Shown here piece after piece: positions 11,892 to 19,831 of a stretch of 24,000 nucleotides of DNA (its first letter is position 1; the number at the start of each line of letters is the position of its first letter). The stretch is from contig NZ_CP102734.1 in NCBI RefSeq assembly GCF_024722375.1, positions 295,346 to 319,345 of the forward strand, written 5' to 3'. The position numbers and the translations under genes are program-made. This DNA is from Mycoplasma iguanae (GTDB lineage Bacteria; Bacillota_I; Bacilli_A; Mycoplasmatales; Metamycoplasmataceae). Under the pieces are notes generated by a model. It was given only the letters and a program-made list of their open reading frames with translations. It made no database searches and had not been told where the DNA came from.

Positions 11892-12029
11892 ACTAAAAAG
11901 GTATTTTTTATGAGAAAAACACCGGATGTTATATTATTTAATATTGCACTTTTATATTTAAAATTATGTTTTTAAAAGTTGTATAATTTCAAATACTATT
12001 TTTTAAATTTAGTTTAAGAAAGGAACAAT

Positions 12030-12971
12030 GTGAGTCGTAATGCTATTTCATGACGTGGAAATCAATTAACTTTTGCCGCGTCAGCTCCGTTATTTTGAAC
12101 ATTTTTTGCACTAATACTTTTATTAATGATGTTAGTTTGAATTTATAAAGAAAAAACTTCTGCTTATTTTCAAAATGTAACTAGAATTATGTTTATGCCA
12201 AAAAGGATTTTTGAAATTTTTTCAGGAATCGCTATTATTACCTTTACTTTAATTAGAGTTTTATTTTTGGAACTAGATGACTATGCCCAAAAATGAGAAT
12301 ATTTTCAATTACATTTTTGTCGATTTTTTGTTTTTATTATTGGTGTTTTACTAATTATTAATAAAAAACATTACATTAAATATTTTGGAATTCTTTCAAT
12401 GTTGGGAGGATTGATAGGTATTTTATTTGCTGATTTAAAAAACTCTGCAGAATTAATCAACGCAGATCTAGCATATGAATTAACTAGATCTCCTGCAAAT
12501 GGTAAACCAGGATTGGAATGAGGTCATGATAGTTATTTCTGATGAGATTTTATTTTTGCTCATAATTTTGTTCTTATTGCTTCATTTATGTTATTCATTG
12601 TATCAGGTAAAAAAGCTAAAATTGATCAACAAGCTTTATTTATTTCAATTGTGGGAATGACAATTTTAACAGCTATAGTATTTTGACTAAATATTGTAAT
12701 GGACTATATTGCACCAGTTCAATGAAAATCAAATTGATTTTATTTAGGTAGCCAAGGAATTAATACATTAGGCAAATATAGTAAATGACCTTACTCCTTT
12801 TTCGTACTTTGACCAGCTGGTGTCTTTGCTTCAATTATTTTTACATTTTTATATTTTGCCCAAGATAAAATTCATTTTGAGTTTAGTGCAAAAGGTTTAC
12901 CTAAAAAAATAAAAATTGTTAAATCTCAAAATTGGGAATATTTCATCTCAAAAAAACTTTATACAAAATAA
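12030..12971 (+). CDS. Multi-pass integral membrane protein (hypothetical)
   Basis: GTG 12030 follows AAAGGA (12018-12023). The adjacent ATG 12028 opens only a 13-codon frame. I hand-translated this gene: it is open to TAA 12969-12971 with about 14 TGA=Trp codons, which is why the track shows nothing here. The 313-aa product has hydrophobic segments (TFFALILLLMMLVWI, IFSGIAIITFTLIRVLFL, FFVFIIGVLLII, ILSMLGGLIGILF, FVLIASFMLFIV, SIVGMTILTAIVFWL, PAGVFASIIFTFLYF). Confidence 0.65.
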
Positions 12972-12978
12972 AAAAATT

Positions 12979-12987
12979 TGCTATAAT
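12979..12987 (+). promoter_or_regulatory. Extended -10 promoter (TGcTATAAT) for tRNA-His
   Basis: An exact TG-n-TATAAT ends 15 nt before the first tRNA nucleotide. Confidence 0.55.
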
Positions 12988-13002
12988 AAATTAGCAATTT
13001 AT

Positions 13003-13079
13003 GGCGAATGTGGTGAAGTGGTTAACACACCTGCTTGTGGCGCAGGCATTCGCGGGTTCGATCCCCGTCATTCGCCCCA
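13003..13079 (+). tRNA. tRNA-His (anticodon GTG) with genomically encoded G-1 and 3' CCA
   Basis: I folded the cloverleaf by hand. The acceptor stem GCGAATG (13004-13010) pairs with CATTCGC (13069-13075). An extra 5' G at 13003 lies opposite the discriminator C13076. The anticodon stem is CCTGC/GCAGG with loop TTGTGGC (anticodon GTG at 13037-13039). The variable loop is 5 nt. The T arm is GCGGG-TTCGATC-CCCGT. CCA is at 13077-13079. Confidence 0.92.
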
Positions 13080-13131
13080 TTTTTTTAAATGCCAGTTTAT
13101 GTTTAAAAAAATGGACTGATAAAAATAAACA

Positions 13132-13176
13132 AAAAAATCGTTGTGATCTAAATTACAACGATTTTTTCATTTTTTT
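13132..13176 (+). terminator. Rho-independent terminator after tRNA-His
   Basis: A perfect 13-bp stem, AAAAAATCGTTGT (13132-13144), pairs with ACAACGATTTTTT (13155-13167) around a 10-nt loop. A further T-run follows. Confidence 0.75.
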
Positions 13177-13241
13177 AGTTATTTTTATTCTAAAAAAGCT
13201 GTTCAAAAAAGGGATAAAAAAAATAAAAAGTTAATTTTTTT

Positions 13242-13250
13242 TGTTATAAT
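13242..13250 (+). promoter_or_regulatory. Extended -10 promoter (TGtTATAAT) of the mraZ-rsmH-ftsA-ftsZ operon
   Basis: An exact TG-n-TATAAT lies 27 nt upstream of the mraZ ATG, immediately followed by the GTGGAA boxes. Confidence 0.6.
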
Positions 13251-13276
13251 GTGGAAGATAGTGGAAAGGAGTGGAA
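13251..13276 (+). promoter_or_regulatory. Putative MraZ operator: three GTGGAA direct repeats at exact 10-bp spacing
   Basis: GTGGAAgata GTGGAAagga GTGGAAatg sits at 13251, 13261 and 13271. It spans the predicted transcription start, the AAGGAG ribosome-binding site and the base before the mraZ ATG. MraZ proteins are known to bind arrays of three short G-rich direct repeats at 10-bp phase at their own promoter. Confidence 0.7.
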
Positions 13277-13717
13277 ATGTATGGGACTCATCCAAGAAGT
13301 TTGGATACAAAAAATCGCGTAGTAATTCCAGCTAATTTTAGAGAAGAACTAGGAGATATTTTTTTCATTACTTTTGGGCCTCATAACGTACTTGAAATGC
13401 GTTCTGAAAAAGAATTTATAGCTTTTTCAGAAAAATTCAACAATTCCAACCTACTAGATGCAGATTTAAGAAAGTTGTGACGGATTTTGTCATCGCGTAC
13501 TGTCCAACTTTCTGTTGACAAATTAGGTAGAGTAATTCTACCTAAAATGTTACTGGATCTGGCCGCTATCAAAAAAGAATTATCATTTATAGGAATGGGA
13601 AACATATGTGAAATATGGTCTCAAGAATTATTTGATAAGGACATTCAACAAAATGGTAATGCTTCTGAAATTACTAATTTAGTTGAAAAATTAAGTAAAA
13701 AAGGAATTGTTTTATAA
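13277..13717 (+). CDS. mraZ: Transcriptional regulator MraZ
   Basis: I prefer ATG 13277 (AAGGAG at 13266-13271) over the track's GTG 13271. The N-terminus MYGTHPRSLDTKNRVVIPANFREEL and the second half-domain VDKLGRVILPKMLLD are the duplicated MraZ D.KgR..iP motifs. Track ORFs 13271..13480 and 13487..13717 are joined by TGA=Trp. Product is 146 aa. Confidence 0.92.
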
Positions 13718-14613
13718 TGAAACACCAACCTGTTTTGCTTAAGGAGGTTCTCCAAGCACTGGATATTCAGGCTAATGAAACTTATGTTGATTTGACACTA
13801 GGTCGTGCTGGACACTCCGAAAAGATATTAGAAGGGCTGACAACGGGATTATTAGTAGCTTTTGATAAAGATCAAGAGGCTATAGAAGAAAGTAGTCTTT
13901 ATCTTAGCAAAAGATTTACCAATTTTCATTTAGTGCATGCTGATTTTCAGAATATAGAGCAAGAACTAAAAAAATTGAAAATTGAATCTGTCAAAGGAAT
14001 TTTAATAGACTTAGGAGTAAGTTCACCACAACTGGATGCCGCTGAAAGAGGTTTTTCTTATAACAAGAATGCCAGACTTGACATGCGGATGAACAAAGAT
14101 CAAGATCTGGACGCTCATTTTATTGTCAATAATTATTCTGAAGTGCAATTGGTTAACATTTTCAAAACATATGCTGATGTAAAACTTCCACAAAAAGTTG
14201 CGAAAAGCATTATTGAAAATCGACCAATTAATACTACTTTAGAATTAGTTGAAATAATTAAGCATTCATTGCCAGCTTATCTAGTGAGGCAAAAAAATCC
14301 AGCTAAAGCTGTATTTCAAGCCTTAAGGGTTGAAGTTAATAACGAACTTGAATCCTTAAAAAAAATGTTAAAAGATAGCTTGCAATTTTTAACCAAAAAT
14401 AGCAAGCTAGCAATTATCACATTTCATTCGATTGAAGATCGTATTGTCAAAAACTTCTTTGGTAACTTAATTAAAGGTGTTCATCATCACAAATTGCCAA
14501 TTCTCGAAGAAAAACAATGGAAAGTAAAAGTATATAATCCTTCCGCTGCAGAAATTTTAGAAAATCCCCGCAGTAGAAGTGCTAAATTACGTGTTTTAAC
14601 AAAATTATTTTAA
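13717..14613 (+). CDS. rsmH: 16S rRNA (cytosine1402-N4)-methyltransferase RsmH (MraW)
   Basis: The ATG overlaps the mraZ stop (TAATG). MKHQPVLLKEVL, DLTLGRAGHS, DLGVSSPQLD..ERGFSY and FHSIEDRIVK are characteristic RsmH motifs. Product is 298 aa. Confidence 0.95.
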   Translation: MKHQPVLLKEVLQALDIQANETYVDLTLGRAGHSEKILEGLTTGLLVAFDKDQEAIEESSLYLSKRFTNFHLVHADFQNIEQELKKLKIESVKGILIDLGVSSPQLDAAERGFSYNKNARLDMRMNKDQDLDAHFIVNNYSEVQLVNIFKTYADVKLPQKVAKSIIENRPINTTLELVEIIKHSLPAYLVRQKNPAKAVFQALRVEVNNELESLKKMLKDSLQFLTKNSKLAIITFHSIEDRIVKNFFGNLIKGVHHHKLPILEEKQWKVKVYNPSAAEILENPRSRSAKLRVLTKLF

Positions 14614-14628
14614 AAAAAGGAGGTGAAT

Positions 14629-15885
14629 GTGAAACGAGACATATTTGCGATATTAAAATTATCTAATAATCAAACTTCGATGATTATTATTGAAAAATCA
14701 AAAACTAATTATTTCCCACTTTTTGAATCAAACAGTCAAACTAATAATGTTGATCAACTAGAGAAATTTTTTGCAAAAACTTTAAATGAAGCACAAGCAT
14801 TTTTGAAGTGTAAATTAGATAAAATTTTTGTGCAAATTGATGATTCAAAAGAATTAAATATTAAAATAAATCTTGTGGAACATTCATTTCCCGGCGCTGT
14901 TGAGAAACTTTCAAAAAAAGATCTACAAAATTATTTAATTAATTTGCAACAAAAAAATAATGCAACTCAAGAAGTAATTTTTAGTCAACATTATCAATAT
15001 TTTGCAAAAGACTTAGAAAATAAGTGACATTATTTTTCTAATCCTCCATTAAATAAAAAAGATTTACATAATTTACATTTATCATCTGCAAAAATTGAAA
15101 TTAATCAAGAAATTGTAATTGCTCTAAAAAAGATTTTTGCAAAGTTTAATTGCCAGATAGTTCAAATTTTACCAACTTCTGCAATTATTCCTTATACAAT
15201 CGAAGATAGTATGTCTTCTAAAAAAGAATTTGTCAATTTTCATTTAGATGATAATTTTGCAATAGTAAGTTTAGTACAAAATAATGTTTTATTGAAATAT
15301 CAGTTTACTGAATTTAATATCAATATTTTAATTGATAAAATTGCAACTAGATTTAAGATTAATCAATCAATCATTCGAAAAATTTTAGTTGCAAAATACA
15401 ATGATTTAGATTTAGTACAATCTGATAGTGAAATCATAAATTCATTAGTATTATCTACAAGTAGTTTAAGATACAAAGATATTATTCAATTGTCAAAAAT
15501 ATTCTTTAATGAAATTCATTTAGAAATTCAAAAATTTTTGTTAAAAGCAAATCTTTCAAAATCTACGCCAATCTTAATTACTGGGAAAATTAATGATTTA
15601 ATAAATTTTGATAAATTTGTTAAGCAAATTTTTCAAACTCATATAATATATAGTTATAAAAATGAATTTCCTGATTTATTGCAACAATCAAATCAGATAA
15701 AAGAAGCAATCGGTTATATAAAATGTATTAATTATTTGGATGAAATTATCGATTACAAAAATTACAATACTATTATAGAAACTCAACCAATAAAAATATC
15801 ACATCTATTACCGAACAAAAAAAATCTTTTTTCATACATATTAAATATTTTTACAAGAAAAACCTTAGGAGAGAAACATGCTTAA
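14629..15885 (+). CDS. ftsA: Divergent FtsA-like cell division protein (actin/HSP70-fold, nucleotide-binding motifs degenerate)
   Basis: I prefer GTG 14629, which lies 5 nt after GGAGG (14619-14623), over the track's GTG 14623. Track ORFs 14623..15027 and 15211..15885 share one frame across one TGA. The gene sits between rsmH and ftsZ, and its end overlaps the ftsZ ATG by 8 nt. The length (418 aa) and local strings are colinear with FtsA, but similarity is weak (FVNFHLDDNFAIVSLVQNNVLL.. against vvDiGgGtTdiavf; ILITGKINDL against vlTGGga.l). Confidence 0.55.
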
Positions 15886-17026
15886 TGAACAACAAAATAA
15901 TTTAGAGACAAATGTTTCAAACGAACCATTAGCAAAAATCACCATCATCGGTGTTGGTGGAGGTGGAAACAATTCTGTTGACTCAATGATCAAAGCCAAA
16001 ATTGATGGTGTAAAATTTTTAATGGCTAATACTGATTTGCAAGTTTTAAACAAATATGATCAGGATATCGTTATACACCTAGGTAATTCTGCAGGTAATA
16101 GAGGATTAGGAGCTGGTGCAAATCCTGAAGTAGGACGTCAAGCAGCTCTAGAAACAGTTGAAGAAATCAAAACTAGAATTCAAGGTTCAGACATGGTTAT
16201 TGTTACTGCAGGAATGGGTGGTGGAACCGGAACTGGTGCTGCGCCTATTATTGCTCAGGTAGCAAAGGATATGGGAATTTTAACAATCGGGATTGTAACA
16301 ACTCCATTTGCATTTGAAGGTCCAAAAAGATCTAATAATTCAACAGATGGAATTGAACAAATGAAAACTGCAGTTGATTCATTAATTGTCATTTCCAATA
16401 ACAAATTATTGGAACAATTCGGAAATATTCCCATTACAGATTCTTTTAAATATGCTGATACAATTTTAAAACAAACTGTTAAAACAATGACTGATATTAT
16501 TTCTGTTCCTGCCTTAGTTAATCTTGACTTTGCCGATGTTACTACAGTGGTTAAAGATAAGGGTCTTGCAATTATTGGAATCGGTAAAGGATCAGGAAAA
16601 GATAAAGCAGTTAAAGCAGCTCATGCAGCAATTAATTCACCAATTTTAGAATCATCAATTCTAGGAGCAAAAGATTTAATTGTAAACGTTACAGGTGGAG
16701 CAAAAGATTTTTCTTTACAAGATGCTAATATTGTTGTGGAAACAATTAAAGATGCAGTTGGTGGAAATCCTAACGTCATCTTCGGAGTTGCTGTTGATAA
16801 TAACAAAGATTCAAATGATATTTATGTTTCAATTATTGCAACAGGACTAAGTGGTAAACAAAGTAGTCAATTAGAAGACGAAGAATGACAAGAAGTGCAT
16901 GAAAATATGACAGAAATTTTTACTTCAGAATTAGACATCGAAGAAGTTGAACTACAATATTCAAGAGATGAAGAATATCCTGAAGAAGATCTTGATGATG
17001 ATCTGCCTCCTTATCTTAAAAAATAA
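15878..17026 (+). CDS. ftsZ: Cell division protein FtsZ
   Basis: ATG 15878 follows AGGAGAG. The tubulin signature is GGGTGTGAAP, with GVGGGGNNSV, NTDLQVL and TTPFAFEG also present. The track ORF ends at TGA 16886, but the frame continues to TAA 17024-17026. This adds an acidic linker and the conserved C-terminal peptide DDDLPPYLKK. Product is 382 aa. Confidence 0.96.
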
Positions 17027-17101
17027 TTTCAGTGCGAAGTCTTAGAAGCGAAATATTTTTTTTAGATAAAAGTAGATTAATTACAAACTTTTACAGGTTT
17101 T

Positions 17102-17134
17102 AAATCAAAGCTAACTAACAGCTTTGATTTTTTA
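17102..17134 (+). terminator. Rho-independent terminator after ftsZ
   Basis: The stem AAATCAAAGCT (17102-17112) pairs with AGCTTTGATTT (17120-17130) around a 7-nt loop, followed by a T-run. Confidence 0.8.
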
Positions 17135-17170
17135 TTTGTAAAAACTTTTTTAATGTATACTTTTAACGCT

Positions 17171-17674
17171 ATGAAATTAAATAACTTTATTCGAGATGTG
17201 CCAGATTTTCCTAAAGCAGGAATTATGTTTAAAGACATCTCACCCTTACTAGCTAATGGTGCAGCATTAAACTATACAATTGAAAAAATGGCAGAACTTG
17301 CCAAAGATGCCGATATTATTATTGGACCTGATGCTCGGGGATTCTTATTTGGAACACCTACAGCTGCTAGATTAGCAAAACCCTTTATTATGGTTCGTAA
17401 ACCTAACAAACTTCCTGGTGAGGTTGTAGCTATGAGTTATGATTTAGAGTATGGTAAAAATACTTTAGAAGTACAAAAAGGCATGATTAAAAAAGGACAA
17501 AAAGCCGTTATTATTGATGATGTTTTAGCAACGGGGGGAACTTTAGAAGCTATCATAAAACTTGTAGAATCACAAGGTGCAACCGTTGATAAAATCATTG
17601 TTTTAATGGAATTAGAAGCACTTCAAGGACGTAAGAAACTAAAAGTTCCTGTAGATGCCTTAATCAATATTTAA
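17171..17674 (+). CDS. apt: Adenine phosphoribosyltransferase
   Basis: MKLNNFIRDVPDFPKAGIMFKDISPLL matches the APRT N-terminus, so I prefer ATG 17171 over the track's ATG 17153. Neither start has a Shine-Dalgarno sequence. The PRPP-binding motif is KAVIIDDVLATGGT. Product is 167 aa. Confidence 0.9.
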   Translation: MKLNNFIRDVPDFPKAGIMFKDISPLLANGAALNYTIEKMAELAKDADIIIGPDARGFLFGTPTAARLAKPFIMVRKPNKLPGEVVAMSYDLEYGKNTLEVQKGMIKKGQKAVIIDDVLATGGTLEAIIKLVESQGATVDKIIVLMELEALQGRKKLKVPVDALINI

Positions 17675-17711
17675 GAGAAGATGATAAAGAAACTTTCTTT
17701 AGGAGAAATAC

Positions 17712-19779
17712 ATGAAAGCTAAATACCAAAGTGAATTAGAAGCAATGAATGACTTTTATGAAGAATTAATTGCTCTAAGAGAGAGAGAGAGAGAGAGAGA
17801 CCTTAGAAATCGACTTTTCCTGTAATACTGATGGAAGAATTAAAGGAACTTTATTTGAATTTAAATTAAGATTTGAAAATATTAATTCACATTTAAAACA
17901 AATTAAAAGATATATCATTGCATTTAACGCAATGGGACAAAATCCACCACGTTATACTTATTTAGTAGATATCAATAATCGTAATTGTATAAAAATTGAT
18001 AATCTTAACTTTTCAATATTAAATGAATTTAATTGAAAAAGTCCTAAAGAATTTGTAATTTATGATGAATATATTGAAGGATGAATTGATGAATACAGCA
18101 TTGTAGGATGAAATAATACTTATTGTACCTATAAAAGTAATGCAACAAAAGAAGATGTTAAAAACGAATTAATTAATCCTAAAATATTAAATATTAAAAA
18201 ATTTGATTGAAATAAACAATTAGATTTTGAAAAAACTAATAGAACTGATAATAACTGATTAACTTTTAACATGAATTTATTAGGTAGTTCCTTGCTTAAA
18301 AAGCAATTAGGAGCTTTTTTTACTCCTGATAAATACGTGAAAATTTCAACTCAATTAGTTAGAGAAGCTATTGAAAACGTTCCTAAAGGGAATGATTATA
18401 TTATCCTGGATCGCTGCGCAGGTACAGGAAATTTACAAAAATTTTTAAGTGAAGATGAATTATCACACTGTGTTTTAAATACATATGATTACACAGAATG
18501 AACAACACTAAAAGGACTCTATGAAGGTAGAGTAAGGATGATAATTCCACCAACTAATAAATTACGTAATGAAAATGGTTTATTAGAAAACGGTAATGCA
18601 TTAAGTAAGAATTTTATTGACTATAGGCCTTTAGAAGATATTATTGCCAACAAAAAGATCACAATAATTATTTTAGAAAATCCACCATTTAGAAATATTA
18701 CTGATAATAAAATAAGTAAAGATGAAAATGATATTTACATTAAGACTATAATGGGAACACAAAAAGCAGGATTTAAAACAGATTTATCAAACCTTTTTAT
18801 TTGAAGTGCTGTAAATAAATATTTAAGACAAAAAGGTGATGCAATGGTTTTGTATAGTCCTATTAAATATTGAAAATCTTATAATGTAGTAGATACTTTA
18901 AAATTCGAAAAAGGTTATATAGTTAATAAAAAAGACTTTAATGCAAGTTCTGAAAGTGCTGTAAGTTTAATACATTGAAGCTGAAACTATTTAAAAAATA
19001 ATTATTCTAAATTAAATTTTGAAATCATTGATCATAATATTGATAAAAAAGATAAAAATTATGAAATAAAAAAAGTTTTTAATACACCAGCTCATCTATT
19101 TAATAAAATTAAACAAAGTGAAAAAGAAAAAATAGCTATATTGAATATTAGCGGTTTTTCTTTAGATTACCAATCAAGTTCAATTTATATTAATGATAAA
19201 GATGTAAAAGGGAATGGCTCACCTACAATTTTATATAAAAACAATTTTATTGAATATTTACCACTTTTTGCTGCTAAAAAATACAAAAGTGTTATTACAA
19301 ATTGGTGAGAAAATGAAACGATTTTTGCTACAGGTGATGGTGGTTTTGACTATAAAAATGATAAAGAGTTTTTAAAAAATTGTTTGATATGGACTTGCCT
19401 TACTGATTTAAATAAAGCTCGTGGTGATGAATTAAATCCCAATCCATTCGGATTAATGCAAGATACCATTTCAAACAAAATTTTGTATGACTTTGATTGA
19501 AATGATGATGATAAAAAAATTTTGGAATTATGAAAAATTGTTTTATCAGAAGCTAAAAAAACAAGTTTATACAAAGAAAACAAAATTTATAGTTTAAACG
19601 ATATAAATAATGAAATTAATATTAAAAAAGAAGACGGAAAAACTAAAACTGGCAAAGTAATAATGGTGCCCAAATATCATCAATTAGATTATCAAATATC
19701 CAATTTAAAAAATAATTTAAAAGAGTATTACAAATCAAAAATTGTCCCGAATTTATTTAAATATGAACTATTAAAATAA
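17712..19779 (+). CDS. Gamma-class N6-adenine DNA methyltransferase with a possible N-terminal PD-(D/E)xK nuclease module (Type IIG-like), currently out of frame at a (GA)11 tract (phase OFF)
   Basis: ATG 17712 follows AGGAG (17701-17705). In the present sequence the ATG frame stops at TAA 17823-17825. The +1 frame is open from the tract to TAA 19777-19779; I hand-translated all of it, with 15 in-frame TGA codons read as Trp, and track ORFs 18271..18501 and 18538..18804 are pieces of it. MTase motifs appear in the order X (LGAFFTPDKYV), I (IILDRCAGTGNLQKFL), IV (IIILENPPF). The N-terminus carries ..IDFSCNTDGRIKGTLFEFKL (D...ExK). The first in-frame ATG after the tract is at 17932. Confidence 0.75.
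17779..17800 (+). repeat. Uninterrupted (GA)11 simple sequence repeat inside the methyltransferase 5' coding region
   Basis: Read directly: cta-aGAGAGAGAGAGAGAGAGAGAGA-cc. It would encode an (Arg-Glu)n stretch in the ON frame. Confidence 0.97.
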
Positions 19780-19831
19780 TTTTTTTTCTAAAAAAAGAAA
19801 TTGAAAAGCTAGTAATATGTTAATTTTCTAA

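Noticed and set aside
11910-11975. Small 21-codon ORF (MRKTPDVILFNIALLYLKLCF) in the rpmG / membrane-protein divergent region
   Set aside because: It has no RBS and overlaps the likely promoter region. It is too short and unsupported to call.
12916-13234. Track ORFs 12916..13119 and 13001..13234 (+)
   Set aside because: They run straight through the tRNA-His gene and its terminator hairpin. The region is explained by the tRNA transcription unit.
13381-13605. Track ORF (74 aa) antisense to mraZ
   Set aside because: It is antisense to a gene with both conserved MraZ half-domain motifs.
15865-16806. Track ORFs 15865..16053 (-) and 16621..16806 (-) inside ftsZ
   Set aside because: They are antisense to the unmistakable FtsZ frame. 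Gly-rich sense codons give open antisense frames by chance.
19350-19583. Track ORF (77 aa) antisense to the 3' part of the methyltransferase gene
   Set aside because: The sense frame is continuous here once TGA is read as Trp. The antisense product has no recognisable features or start signals.
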